A stretch of 64,000 bases of DNA from Chrysomallon squamiferum (GCA_012295275.1 CM022679.1:17484001-17548000); one strand, 5' to 3'; shown: positions 13,601 through 27,000, numbered from the stretch's first letter. Program-made: numbers and translations. Notes: generated from the sequence alone by a model not told the origin.

Positions 13601-16600
13601 TGTGACTCACTGGTAGACAGGTGTGCTGTGACTCACTGATAGACGGGTGTGCTGTGACTCACTGATAGGCGGGTGTGTTGTGACTCACTGACAGAGGGGT
13701 GTGCTGTGACTCACTGACAGAGGGGTCTGCTGTGACTCACTGATAGACGGGTGTTATGTGACTCACTGACAGAGGGGTGTGCTGTGACTCACTGATAGAT
13801 GGGTGTGTTGTGACTCACTGACAGAGGGGTGTGCTGTGACTCACTGACAGAGGGGTGTGCTGTGACTCACTGATAGACGGGTGTGCTGTGACTCACTGAT
13901 AGATGGGTGTGCTGTGACTCACTGACAGAGGGATGTGTTGTGACTCACTGGTAGACAGGTGTGCTGTGACTCACTGACGGGTGTGCTGTGACTCACTGAT
14001 GGACGGATGTACTGTGACTCACTGACAGAGGGATGTGCTGTGACTCACTGATAGACGGGTGGTTTGTGACTCACTGACAGAGGGGTGTGCTGTGACTCAC
14101 TGACAGAGGGGTGTGCTGTGACTCGCTGATAGACGGTGTGTTGTGATTCACTGACAGATGGGTGTGCTGTGACTCACTGATAGACAGGTGTGCTAACAGT
14201 GACAGAGTTAAAATTACCTTTTAGGGTTAAGACAAAATAAAACAAGCATTTCAAAATCAGTCATTACATGATAATAAAACAATTATTTTTATTAGAAACA
14301 GCTCAACAGTTTTAATAAATTCCTGTGATGCAGATAATTATGACTTTTTTAAATATCTTGTATTGTGACTGATCAATCACTGCCCCTTCTTCTTAATAAC
14401 ACCTGCAGATAGCACAAAAACAAATTAGGTGGAAATGCAGGAATCTTTTATAACATGAAACAGCACTTTAAAATTAACCACATTCAAACTATATTGATTG
14501 GTTTATTTTGTTACAGGTCATTAATGCAGCCTGAAACTACCAGAATAGGAAGTTGATGGCATGGAAAACTTAATATGGTCATAAACTGTCACAGTATTGT
14601 TTGAAAGATCTAAGTACTTTACTGGAAAGTATTACATTGCCTGGCACTAATTTCTTCTCTAATGTCTACTGAACAGAACAAACTGAATTAATACAGCTGC
14701 ACCAGAGCAAGACTATTTGTACACAGCAATTATGAATTGCATTTCTGATTAATCTATATTAACTATGTTGACAACATTGATTAATTTATACACTTATTTT
14801 ATGATGTTTGTTTAATCTGTTCCAGATAAATAAACAACAATTATAGGAGATATGGACTGTCTTGGACTGAGCTGACAGTAAGAACTGGTGCCTACAACAA
14901 GCATTTTATAATCAACAAATTTAGAAATACCAGCCATGAAGTGAAAAATAAATTAACTTTGGGGAAAAAATATATATATTGTTGCGTGAAAAGATGGAAT
15001 TTTTTTTAGACATATTCCATGTGTTTTTAATCTGCAGTATTATGAGATCTTAAATCTTAAATATGTGTTTCTTAGATATTAGGTAACGAGCCAATAAACC
15101 AGGTGTTTGATTTAAAAAAAAAAAAAAAATGTATGTATTTAAATTCTCCAAACTTATAAATTAACAAAATAAAATAAAAATAATAAGTCTAAAATTGTAT
15201 CAATCAATTATAACATTGCATAAAATATAAGTTAACAAAAATATTTTTTATTATTTCTTATTAAATAATTAAAATTAAAAAAAAAAAATTCTAAAATTGT
15301 CTCAGTCTATTGACAGCAAGTGAAATAAATCAAAGTAAGAAATTATTTCTACAATTTTTTTTAATTATTATAAAATAATTACATTAACATAAAATAATTC
15401 ATTAACTGTCTCAAACAATTATAAAGCAGTAATACTCTATTTATATAATCCAAGTGTGCAACATTAAATTTCACAATACACTGATTTTTACGAAATTACA
15501 ACTTAATGCTAAGTTTGTTTAAACATTACTGTAAATGATTTTCCCATCTGACAAAACAGTTCATAAATCCATCACTCAACATTTGTCTAGGAACATCAGA
15601 ATGACTTGAAAAATCACTTTCCAAATAATCCCAAAGGAAGAGAATTCAACACAGCCACACACAGAATGAGAGATTGAGGATAAAATAAAGCTCCAAGATT
15701 TCCTCAGAGTATTCAAGTAAGAATCGAAGAAAATTACATTATAAAAGTGTTCCATGTTTTTTCCTGCATCAATTAACTGTAAAGTTTTGATTATATCATT
15801 ATATGATTAAATATCTGATCTTTTCCATCAGAAATTAATATGGGTTCTACTATTTTCATTACAATTTAATTCAGTATTAACTATTTCTGCCTGAAAATTA
15901 ATTCACTATTTTTATCAGAATATTAATTCAGTGTCAACTGTTGTCGTCAGAATAATGCCTCATTATCAACCCTCTCCATCATAAATTTAGTAGATGTCAA
16001 TATTTCCATCTGAAAATACTGATTAGTGTCAACTAATTTCAATAAAATAATAACTCCCTCTCAACTATTTAAATCAGAAAATTAAGTCTAGCTCAACCAT
16101 TTTGACCAGAAATGCAATCATATGAACTAATGATCACTTGTTGAAAACAATATTATTATAATTATTTTTTTTTTTTTTCAGAACAAACACAATTTTTAAT
16201 TTTAAATAACTAAAAAAGAAGAGGCAAAGAAAGAAACATTATTTTTTGTTTCAGCAGTGAAACACATTAAATATTGGTCAGGCACACAAATATTATAAAT
16301 GTTTACTTCTAAGTATTATCCCAAAATTACAGTCAATTTTTTTAACCTCAAATTAGACAATCAGGAATAAACTCTACAGCATTAACACAAATTTATCACC
16401 AAGGAAAATAATCTCTAAACAAAGCCTGGTTTATTTTTTCCATTTTAGAATTCTTGAACAAACATAATAAAAATAAATCAGACTTAAATCATCTCAAGCA
16501 AAATTCAATATATTTTACTCCCTGAAATTGTTTTCTCTTCTGTTGTGTATATGCTATTTTAGAATCCTCACATATCAACTGAGCCACCTGATGGCAGCCT

Positions 16601-16871
16601 TACCTGCAGACTATCAATTTATTCTTAAAAGACATTTATTTCTAAGCATTATTAATTCATCTTTCTGAAGAATGCAAGGTGCAAAGTACTTACCATAGAA
16701 ACATCTGAAGACTCCAAGGGATGCTGGGTCCATAGGTCTGTTCATCAGTTTGACAAATGATGAAAATGAGGATAAATCAGCCAGAGAAAAGCCCAAAATT
16801 TTCTTCATCACGGCATCTTTATTACGAAGTGAACATTTTGTTGGTTTCTCTTTTTCTTTTTTATCATCCAT
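1477..16871 (-). CDS. GGCX: Vitamin K-dependent gamma-glutamyl carboxylase, 15 coding exons, about 732 aa
   Basis: Joined exons in transcript order: 16694-16871, 12479-12631, 11888-12053, 11611-11689, 10403-10509, 6966-7129, 6576-6748, 6118-6273, 5548-5679, 4738-4889, 3962-4140, 3513-3643, 2821-2971, 2274-2427, 1477-1600 = 2199 nt. All introns are GT-AG with consistent phases. Hallmark motifs: [30 protein letters not shown], [17 protein letters not shown], [13 protein letters not shown]. The start Met is uncertain because the frame stays open to the acceptor at 16902. Confidence 0.96.
2274..2427 (-). CDS. GGCX: GGCX coding exon 14 (DTAANEIL...ICIR)
   Basis: TTTCAG acceptor, AG|GTTAAT donor, phases fit both neighbours; weakly conserved region. 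Confidence 0.75.
2821..2971 (-). CDS. GGCX: GGCX coding exon 13 ([11 protein letters not shown]...[12 protein letters not shown]...)
   Basis: Hand translation; conserved PAGE.H.V and PSCYMY; 151 nt. Confidence 0.92.
3513..3643 (-). CDS. GGCX: GGCX coding exon 12 ([16 protein letters not shown]...KSIK)
   Basis: 131 nt; conserved LEN..EDLGNTS. Confidence 0.94.
3962..4140 (-). CDS. GGCX: GGCX coding exon 11 (IYDPRIDI...WSPF...VFVADFP)
   Basis: 179 nt; propeptide-binding region WSPF...W..PLL. Confidence 0.94.
4139..4375. repeat. Degenerate tandem repeat (63-69 bp period) starting at a GGCX acceptor
   Basis: ttctRRRtaacaatca-like units at 4139, 4208, 4276 and 4339. Confidence 0.65.
4738..4889 (-). 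CDS. GGCX: GGCX coding exon 10 (AFVKTSRW...KQYAKC...[15 protein letters not shown])
   Basis: 152 nt; conserved YFDIW and RFQQR. Confidence 0.94.
5548..5679 (-). CDS. GGCX: GGCX coding exon 9 ([19 protein letters not shown]...GYLDPL)
   Basis: Glutamate-binding signature; 132 nt. Confidence 0.95.
6118..6273 (-). CDS. GGCX: GGCX coding exon 8 (INNSPSEK...[12 protein letters not shown])
   Basis: Hand translation; TTGTAG acceptor; conserved QLFLPYSH; 156 nt. Confidence 0.9.
6576..6748 (-). CDS. GGCX: GGCX coding exon 7 (GLFPYICL...PEWPR...KSEE)
   Basis: 173 nt; GTTGGT donor chosen for phase compatibility with the next exon. Confidence 0.88.
6966..7129 (-). CDS. GGCX: GGCX coding exon 6 (LFLTEEEVD...[11 protein letters not shown])
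   Basis: TTTCAG acceptor, GTACTA donor, 164 nt. Confidence 0.93.
9940..10208. mobile_element. Small non-autonomous DNA transposon (hAT-like MITE)
   Basis: Terminal inverted repeats CAGTGGTGTGCAGAGG and CAGTGGCATGTAGAGG (reverse complement of the right end); 8-bp flanks ctgatagt and ctgtttat match only 5 of 8. Confidence 0.6.
10403..10509 (-). CDS. GGCX: GGCX coding exon 5 ([20 protein letters not shown]...EPFK), with the catalytic Lys region
   Basis: Hand translation; TTTATAG acceptor, GTAAGT donor, 107 nt. Confidence 0.93.
10510..10890. repeat. 31-bp minisatellite, about 12 copies, abutting a GGCX acceptor
   Basis: Unit taaaataagtRataaatgattgttgttactg; the copies nearest the exon are shorter and more diverged. 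Confidence 0.9.
11611..11689 (-). CDS. GGCX: GGCX coding exon 4 (SLDGL...[12 protein letters not shown])
   Basis: TGTAG acceptor, GTATCA donor, 79 nt. Confidence 0.93.
11888..12053 (-). CDS. GGCX: GGCX coding exon 3 ([12 protein letters not shown]...[10 protein letters not shown]...DANRYW)
   Basis: Hand translation (not in the ORF track); 166 nt; GTAAGA donor. Confidence 0.93.
12170..12470. repeat. Degenerate tandem repeat of about 35 bp
   Basis: Recurrent ggtacacta..catgatattacattctaaaa. Confidence 0.7.
12479..12631 (-). CDS. GGCX: GGCX coding exon 2 ([13 protein letters not shown]...CTFPLF...IMLL)
   Basis: TTTCAG acceptor, GTATGA donor, 153 nt. Confidence 0.93.
12740..14195. repeat. 26-bp minisatellite, about 55 copies, in a GGCX intron
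   Basis: Unit tgtgactcactga(tagacggg or cagagggg)tgtgc; period measured from 12881 to 12907. Confidence 0.96.
15820..16120. repeat. Old degenerate tandem repeat of about 32 bp
   Basis: Recurrent tcaactattt.catcagaaa-like units. Confidence 0.5.
16694..16871 (-). CDS. GGCX: GGCX coding exon 1 (MDDKKEK...[12 protein letters not shown])
   Basis: ATG at 16871; GTAAGT donor; upstream acceptor TTCTTCAG puts the exon start at 16902. Confidence 0.88.
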
Positions 16872-19800
16872 GTTTATATTTATTTTTTTAGTTCTGATAA
16901 TTCTGAAGAAAAAAATAAATAATAAAAATAATCACACACACACATGCACATAAAAAAAAAAAAAAAAAAATGAATGATAATAATAATAAAAATCCATACT
17001 AACCAAAAAGAAAAACAAAATCTCATGAACAAATTAAACTAGAGATTTTTCTAATGTGGTACCTTTAATTTGAAATGTTAATAATAATAATGTTTTACAT
17101 TAATTAATTAAAAAAGAAAATAAAATATAAATATAAATTAATAAAACAAACTCTAAGTGATTTTTTTATTATTTTTCTTTAGCCTGTCTTTCTGTCATCT
17201 CAAACTGAGTTTCTGCACTAAAATACAACATGAAGATATGAACAAAGTTAAGATTAAATCAATAAAAAAAAACCCCTCACAGTTCCAATAAGCAACATGC
17301 AGAATGTATTTGTACCTAGCTTTTTCTTTTATTAGAAGCTATGGATTTTACCAAACACTGAATGATTTGGGGGAAAAGAAAATTTTGATCGAGACATTTT
17401 TGAAAGGATTTGTCAAACTCCAATAACAGACAAGAAAAGTGAATTAATCAATGTAGATGCTGCAGATTTATTATACATTTAAAAAAATTATATTATTTCA
17501 TATCTGAAGGTTTAACCAAGATGATTCATATTGGGAAGAACTCCACATTTTAATATCTTCTTATGTGTGTGTGTGTGTGCATGTGCGCTAATAACAGAAA
17601 TATCTATCTATTAGTATGTATATATCTCTGTGTGTACTTATATACAATATGTATCTTATATTTATTGATCGTGTACTCTTATATTTGTTTGTATATCTGT
17701 GTATACTGATATTTGACCAGTTTGAATATCTTACATGTACATAGAGTAATATTTATCTAAAAGCTAAAGACCTATTGTTTTATAGTGCACACTAATTTAC
17801 CTTGATACCACACTTTAATGCAGTACTTCAACTATCATTTCAGTGTCATTTATCTTCATTTGTGTGTTATCTCAAAATTAAATTTACATGCAACCAGAGG
17901 CTTGCATATTTTCAGTAATTTTCATATATACAGCTAAGGCAATGAATTATGAAGGGACATGAGTTACACTATACAACATTACATGCTGAAAGTGTTTTCT
18001 GACAGCTTAATGATCCTGTTGTTATATATTATAATTAAGAACCATATCATACATTAAACATTAACACTAGTTAGTTCTTCCTTGTATAAAGTTACTTCAA
18101 TAGATGACTTAATTTTATTTGTACATCAAGTACGATTCAGTGATTATCTCCAAGAGAAAAGTCTCCAAAATCCATTTTTAAAACTCATCAGAAAAAATGA
18201 AATTGTTAAAAAAAATAGGAAATGTCAAAATTCCTATAGATTTGAAATAGTAGAGCACATCATTTAAATGTTTTCTTCACAGGATAAAAAAAAACCATTA
18301 GATATTTTCAGCTTGAAGCAATGATTGTTGAAAAAGTTCATGTACAAACATGTCTTTAAACCATTTACCAATTTTTAAGTTAGGAAATGAAAATGTAAAA
18401 AAAGAAGACCAGAAGTTATTCAACACTCACTAATTCAAATTCTTTCATTATATTTCACTATCAGTGAAAGTTTCTGATAATACTGTACAAAATAAGTTAA
18501 TTTCGTTTTCTTTTATTTTATTTCTATTTTTAAAATGTTTTTAACTTTCACAGAGAAAATTTCAGTGAAGTTGAAAAACATTAAATATTATCTGGTATTC
18601 CATTGACAAGCAACCATATGTTGGATTGGTATTTCAAACACAATCATATGAGTTTCATAAAAATAAAAATATTATTTTTAAAACAAAGTGAAGAAATTAT
18701 GAAATTTAAGGAGAAAATTCTCACTTGGATTTAAATCACAGTTATGTGTTACTGATTTTGGATAATGTATGCTCAGCTGATTTCACCTTAATTCAAGGAA
18801 ATAGTTAGACCTATCAAGTGTGTTTCAAACCTTTCTATCAAACTCAACAACAATAAGGATGACAGCTTTGTGGTTAAATGTTACTTCTTCCAGTACTCTA
18901 AGAAGTAGAAAATATCAAGATAACAATCCTCTTTAAGAATACAACCAGAAATTGGAATTGGAATTGGCATTTAAAAACCAAAATGACATCCTTGTTAAAA
19001 TAGCCAACTGTTAAGTAACTGACCCTGAAACTGAAGAATGATAAACATAGGTCAGTCTTATTTGTTATAGTAGTCAGCTGACTTTTTCCATTTAGTGTCC
19101 TGATGTTTCAGAATGACACATTGTATTGCATGAACCTGTCTTCCTAGCATTAAATATTCCCTAGCATTGTTTTCATGAATTGATTCTGAACTGATTTCAA
19201 ACTGTAAGAAACCCACTTAATAATGAGAACTTCTTCAAGATGATGTTTGTCATGTTCCCAGTGAGTGTGAGTCTGCATGAACTCTGCACAACATCTCTGA
19301 CACTTGACCACAACTTAATTGAATTTCCTCAACTTTGACTGGATTACTCTCTGTGTTTTCCTCCAATCAGAATCAACAATAATGAACAAGTCTGACATTT
19401 AGATGACACTTCTGATCTTTGGTTGCCTTCAGGACAAATGTTTAGCATTAGCAGCAATGACAGAAGCATGAGAGTAAATGCTGCAGTTACATGTAAACAG
19501 TCACAGTGGTTTCACCTCAACATAGAAACTGGTGGCCAGTACTAAGACTTGGTCTCTGAGAGAAATATTATGTCACGCAATCACAGAAACAACTCCTATT
19601 AATATTTTAGGCAATAGTTTGAGCCATTTATATCAAGTGAAAGTTTATATATATAGTCATAAAGTGAAAGTTTAATATATTTGTGTATTTGAATGTGAGT
19701 GTGAGTGAATGAGTGAAAAAGAGATGACAGAATGAGTGACATAGACACTCTGGTAAAAAATAAAAAGCAATAAAAATATGAAACAAGTGTGAAAGGGTAA

Positions 19801-21688
19801 GAGATAGAGGGTAAGCACAACTTGTACTTTTATTATAATATTCTGTATGATGACAAGTGTATATTGCCTATATTACTCATGTATATTTAAAAGATTATAA
19901 CCATGACAAACTTATACACCAAAATGGAGATTAAAGCAATGTCAAACCAAAATTTATAAATTATAATCTCAAATGATTCATAAATTCGGTTTAGAAAGTT
20001 AAGCTGAGAGGATTTAAAAACACTATATCATTTATAAAAGGCATTAATGCATTTTAACAGGGAAGAAAACAAACCTAGGTAACTTGTACAGTAACTTTAC
20101 TGACTGTTTATATCAATTAATCAATGTGTTGTGTGTGAAGAGAATAATAATCTTTCTAAAAGCACTGCAGTGATTGTCAAATTATTATGTTAGGGGTCCA
20201 TGTACTTTCACAACCTGCAGTCATGAGTGTGTCTTTGTATGTGTTTTTATGTGTATATTTGTTTATGTCAGTATGTTTATATGGGTGTCTGTTTATGTCT
20301 GTGTGCATGTGTTTGAGTGTGTGTGTGCATGTGTTTCTGCTTTCATGTGTGTGATTAATTTCTTAGCATAATATGAAATGTTGCCAGTTGGACCATGTGG
20401 AAATCACATGTTAATAATGGATAATATGCTACTGATATCTTAAAACGGACTAGGCATTATAACATCAGAAATGTAGTTCATGTAAAAATAATAAACTTTG
20501 TACTTAGGAGTCTTAGGATTATTTTTAAACAGACTACATTTTTTTCACAATTTTCTTCCTTTAAGGCTTAACCTTATGTTGTCTTGTATAAAGAAAAATC
20601 TATAAAAAAATATTATTTTCTTGCTGTAATTTAATAACAGTAATCAAATGAATGGCAGTGGCAGTTTTTACATTTAATTTCAACACCAAATAAATAAATA
20701 AATAAATAAATAAAATAATAACAAAGGTTAAGAAATATTAAAATAAAAACATTTACAAAATACTGACATTAAATTCAATGGCTTATTAAAGAATGTCAAA
20801 AAAATATAACATGACAGTGATACTTTGGTAGACTGGTATATTGTTTGTCTTTGTTCCAACAAGTTACGTCTTGTGTTAAAAACTGAGAAAACCAGTCCAG
20901 ACAGCAACTTTTTCAAGTTGATCAAGCAGAAAAGAAGTGTTAGATTTGACATTTATTTCTGCACCATACAAACAACTCCTGCTATTTTAGTGTTCTTCTG
21001 ATTGATATAATACAGCAGATGCATTTCTGTCAGATCAGAAACAAATCATGAATAAATTTTCATTTAACAACATTTCTAAAACATTTCATTATCAGTGGTT
21101 ACGAGGTTCAGAACTTCAATATGGGAAGCACCTATCAGTTAGATCTGAAACTGTTTTCTTCTTTCTTGTTATTTATTTATTTATTTACTTATTTATGGTA
21201 TAATGATGACATCAAAAAGAAAAAAAAAGAAAAGAAAAAAGAATAATAAAAAAAATACCAACCCATTCATTTAACATTAAATTACCTTTTATACAGACAC
21301 AGAAAAGCAGAGGTCTTTGATAAATCAAATAAGGAGTACTACTAGATGTATTTAGAAGTAATTCAGCTAGGTAATGATGAAAATGCAATCTTTGATGTAT
21401 TCTGACCATGGGACTTGTCAGACTGGTGAGGCAGAAATAGCCAGTGTTCATTCTGACATTGTCTAATGTAGAGATAACCCATGTCTCATGTCACTCTGAG
21501 ATTATCACACTGTTCAAATTTACTGCCTTGTCTGTCACAATACAGAATCATTTTACTAGAGGTAAAGGTCATTACAAAATACTGAAACCATAATAATTAC
21601 TGAACAATAAATCAAACAATTTTATTATTACCAGATGAATAAAAATATTACATAATTCATTTTTTAATTGTATTAGCTTATATGACTG

Positions 21689-22429
21689 TAGGGCGAGATC
21701 CCATATTGAAAGAATGTGTCAAAAACTGGTATTTAAATACCGGTAAATACCGGTTTTAGTAATTGATGGGTAATACCTTTACCAAAGCACCAATACCAGT
21801 TTTCTAAATTTTAACGAGTTATGTTGAGAGATATGTTAGTTGCTCGGGTGTTGCAATGTTTGTTCAGATGCGAGTTCAATGTTCGTCTGTTTAATGTTCC
21901 ACGTTTACCTGTTTGATTGCTGACGTGTGCCATCCTAAGTTATTTTGGCAACTAGTGATAAGGGATTGGCTCCTGCTTTTCGGTTGTCGCCCAAGACACT
22001 AGATGGTTTGTCGTTTTTAAAGTCATACTTTTCAAGTATCGAAGAATGAATAAGAACTTCGCAAAAGTTGCAAAACATATAATGTACATTTTGAATAATA
22101 AACATAATTTCCTTGTTTCCTTTTTATAAAATTTGCCTCCACATTTCTTCTTGGTTTTTTATATACATTTCTTATATACCTTTTGTACCCATTTATAAAG
22201 GTTCATTTCACAATTTTTTCTGAAGGTAGGAAAAGGAGGATAATGAATAATGTCAGATGAGTGTCAAATAATAAATAAGATGAATATGTGTAAGAGAAAA
22301 CAGTGTCCACAAAAGCCCCATAAGTACCTTTTCCTATGCACAAATTAACTAAAACTGGTGAAAACCGGTATTGAGAATATCTGTCAGTAATTTACTGGTA
22401 TTGATATTATCAGTAATTTGCAAACCCTA
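21689..22429 (-). mobile_element. Non-autonomous hAT-type element, copy 1 (opposite orientation to copy 2)
   Basis: Reverse complement of 31269-32024 along its length; TAGGG...CCCTA ends; about 25 extra bp inside the left end; no target-site duplication retained. Strand labels are relative only. Confidence 0.8.
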
Positions 22430-23164
22430 GTCATGTTGCATGCTTTCATATCTAATGAAATAACAGACCATAGTTTTTAATCTGATTGTATGAGTGAGAA
22501 AATTATATTATAAAACTTAGCTATCATTAGAAAATTATATCAGACATTAAATAAAAAATGATAAAAATAAAAATGCATTCAGATGTAATAAAGCAAAATT
22601 TAGCAAGTTAAGCATTCTGAAGGTGAACTGACTCCTGGCTAAAATGTTTGTGAATCACAGAGTAATCAAAACATCGAGTGAAACTTGTAACATAACAACT
22701 GAACTAAATATGCTTGCCCGTAACTATACAGCTGATGCTTTGTATGTAAAAAAACAAAACAAAAACAAAACACACAAAACAAAACAACAAAATTGGATTG
22801 TTTAATGTTTCTGGAAAGTAATATTAAACTGAAACTTGTACCAAGCCACTGAATCTATATTAGAAGACACAAAAAGAAAAGAAAACTGAAATTCAATCTG
22901 TGTCTTACGTGGATGAAATCGATTGTAACGTGATACAAAAACAAACTAATTCAAACTGGTCTAGAGAAAATCAATCAACGCCTCAAACAAAGAGTCAGTG
23001 AAAAAAAAAGAAGATAAAAACCATGATCGTATTGTACAAAATGACAAATATCAAATTTAAATCCAAATGTATTTAGGTTTGTTATCATAATGAAGCAGAG
23101 ACTGAATACAGTCTTAGTGCTACCAAAAAATTACAAAATAAATTTTTGTTTACAAATTTCATTA

Positions 23165-23205
<41 letters not shown>

Positions 23206-23899
23206 ATGATTTTCAGTATAAACTTTCTGATAATTCAATTTACACAAACAACATTAATAAATAATATTATAAATTTTCAAAATAATTTTCTCCTCCTCCT
23301 TGTTCTTCTTATTATTATTATCTGATAATTCAAATCACCAGTGAATAAATAAACACAATAAACTAAGCCATTTTCTCAAATGATCTTTTTGAGGGTGACA
23401 GGAGGATAATTTAATAAAACAAGATCACAAAATAATCTTTAATACACAATCTTCTTAAATAAACTTTGTAATAATTCAATTTAAAAAAATAAATAAATAA
23501 CTATTACTAAATAATCTTCAAATGAAAAAGCTTTCACATAATTTTTGCTTTACAGTTCAATTCAATAATAAATAAAGCCAATCTTCTAAGTCAAGCCATT
23601 TAATCAAAATTGTTTTTAATAATTATATAAAATTAAAATTACAAAATAATCTTCTTTTTACAAAATCAGCAAATGTTTCTGGGTTTTTTTTTTTTTTAAT
23701 AATTTAAATTGAAATGTTAAGTAACCAAAGTCAAAGTAAGAGACCAGTTTTTCTACATCTCCTATAGATGTAGAAAAGGAATTATTAATAAAACTTGAAT
23801 AAAAACACAGTAATGTTTATTCAGATTTTGTCAATCTCACATAGCAGACACAAAAATAAGACTCACATCTTGACAACTGATAGAGGCAAAACTAAAAAA

Positions 23900-24060
23900 G
23901 CCTTTGAAATATGAGATTTCTCTGAAGCACATTACACTAAATGTGAGATTTCTTTGAAAAACAATAAATGTTATTAAATATGATATTTTCCTGCAATAGA
24001 TGTTATTTAAATATGAGAAGTCTCTGCATGTTACATCAAATTTGTCTAAATGTGAGTTTT
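23900..24060. repeat. Degenerate short tandem repeat
   Basis: taaatRtgagatttctctg-like unit seen about 5 times. Confidence 0.5.
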
Positions 24061-27000
24061 TTGTTGTTATTTTATTTTATTTTCTGATAAATTATAAATG
24101 TAAATTATTCAAAATTCATCTTTCATCTCTTGGGTAAAATGTAATGTGAATGGTTTAATTTTTTTATATTATTTTATGTGTATGAACATGTATGTGTGAG
24201 TGAGTATGATACATGTTTATAGAGAGAGAGAGAGCTATGTTTATAACTAAAATCTTAACTGATGTAAAAAAAAGTTCAAATTATTATGTGCAACTAATAA
24301 TTAGTAGTAGTATTATAAAACAGTGGTTACAGCTGTAGTAGTAATTTTTAAACAGAAAATCAGGCATATAAATGAAAGGCATATTAAATTAGTCAATAGA
24401 CACATGTTTAAAATCTATCATTTACCAGAGACTGTGTGTATGTGTGTGGAAGTGGCAACATCAGTACGTGTTCAATTTGATGGTGTGCTCTCACATTTGA
24501 GTCTATTTCCTTAGATCAACAACCATGATGAACAGCTCTTTTGTGATCAATCTACAGTGTGAAAGCCTGGTTTTACATTGATTACTGCATCTCCAGGCTT
24601 AACTCTATGCAATCTCAACAGCATAGAAAAGTAAAAAGATGCCCTCAAGTTTATATAGAGAGCATCATAAATAATTTCAGGTTGTATGAGGGAAAGAACA
24701 TAAAAAGTCTTGTTGTTATTGTATCAGATCAATCCGAGCAATGTAATTAGGTTATCACATCTACTCTGGAATTACTCATGGTCAGTCATCATCACTGTTA
24801 ATTGTTTTCCCACCATATTTGGCTGTCTCAGTGACTGGAATCAGCTAATTTACTGTGAACTGGGGGTAGAGTCTGACAGAGATAAATCCTGAGGTTTTTA
24901 AGAGATTCTTCCCAGCATAATTACACAATTTGTTTTCCAGTCATCCTGAGATGTGAAGATATGATATGAAGTGATTTATTCATTTATTTATTATTATTAT
25001 GATTATTACTATTATTATCTTTATGTATGTTTGTAGTTTTTATATTCAATACATTATTCATCATTTTTAAATTGTGTTGTCTGTTGTTTAACTTTGCACA
25101 CATTAAAAAAAAATAAACTCAAATAAATAAATAAATAATAATAATTTTGATATGTTGCAAATTATTTATTTACTATCATATTTTTTCTTTGTATTTGTAT
25201 TTATATAGCATTAATTTTACGACCTTGTTCTATGTTAACTAATCCATTAACTTCAGCATTATACTTTTTTCTAATTCTACCAACTGTTCCAAAAACTGTA
25301 GGATTGGAACAGGAAATAACACAATGAAGGCACCAAGATGTTGAACTAATCCTGTGACCTAATGTTTCTGCAGCCTCATCCTCAGATTATTAGTTGTTAA
25401 AAAGTTTCCGTTTCTAACATAAAATTACTGTTCCATTCTCAAAATCATTTCACAAGGAAAGAAAAAACTGTAATCATCTCACTGTAGCTGGCTCAGTCAA
25501 AGAATTAATGCTACACTTTGACTATATTCAGACTAAAATGTTTCCTATGTTTTTACAAGAAATGGATTTAAAACACATCTGCATATAGGTTTGTATATGA
25601 AAAAATCTATAAGGACCAATCATTTGATGGTAAGATGTCAAGACAAAATCAAAACTGTCAGTTTGTAATCTTATAACAAGACAAGCAGAAATAAATCAAT
25701 TTTTCACAAAATAAGAGATCTGTTTAATTTGCACTCATCAGAAACATAAGTGACAGGAAAACTAATTAATAATACAATAGTCCTTTCTCAGAATCTTTTT
25801 ATATTAAACAGTGGAATGCCATATGGAATGCAGAAAACAACATAATACATGGTTTTTTAAAAATAAAAACACACAGAATGAACAGTATGTTAAAACTAGT
25901 TTTGAAAATATTCATTAATGTTAATGTAGTAAAAGTCTTTAAATAACTTGTTAACCTGTCTAAAATAAGACAAAATAATATTTTCTATTACTATTAAACA
26001 GAAAAATTAAAATAACTGTATCAATGTTTCTCTTTTTTATACAAAATATGTTTCACCCAATAACTGTAGGTGAATAAATACATAACTTATGATCTCTATG
26101 ACAAAATCACAAGTCTCTGTTCCACACAGTCACTGACCAATTCCCAGAGTTTCTTTTACATCTCAAACTTTTTCTGGTAACAGGATAAATTATGAAAATC
26201 TGTTCATTTCTTTCAGTTAGTTTTCCTGTTTCCAACTTTCTGTTTACCATATTGATTATGTCAGTTAAATTAATGAACTGTTGTTTAGTGATTCAGAATT
26301 TAGTTTGATAAAACTAACTGCAAAGTACTGCAAAATTAATTAGTTCTCATTATTAAATTAACCTAGATATAAATTGAAATTACTAACTTTTGTTGTTGTT
26401 GTGTTGAAAAAAAGAAAATTAATAAAACATTATTTAAAAATTGAAAACAAAATAAGCACAAGTTACAAGATGATAAAACGGTTATCTGAAATGAGCCAAT
26501 TCTTGTAGTAAATTCTCAACATAGAGATTTTAGATCTTAAAACCACACACTTATTGATACATTATAAACAAAATGATACAGCTGAATACACTCCTATATG
26601 ATAAAACATCAAAGGACTAAGAATACTGACCTGTTTCTAATAATTCTATAAAATCTTGATCTCAGTCCTGTCTATCAACACAGCACTGAGTTTATGTGTA
26701 AAAGAAAAAATCAGCACTATACTACACTGACAATGTTTTTCACACCAGTCACCTACAGCTGTCTGTATGAAATGTTCAAATGACAAGCATGTCAGTGGAA
26801 ATGTTTTAATAACCACCTCTGTCAAAGCCACACAAGATTTGCCAGCAGAGCCTCTGTGCTGAATCAATTCTCTGATAGACATTCCTTGCCATTAGCGACT
26901 GTCATAGACTCTGTGCAGTAAATTGGTGACAGTGCTGGCCTTCCACTTATTCAACACACAGGTACACAAATCACAATCATTTGCAAAATAAATTGGGAAA

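Noticed and set aside
23749-23777. 12-bp stem hairpin TTTTCTACATCT-CCTAT-AGATGTAGAAAA
   Set aside because: Too short and AT-rich to assign a function.
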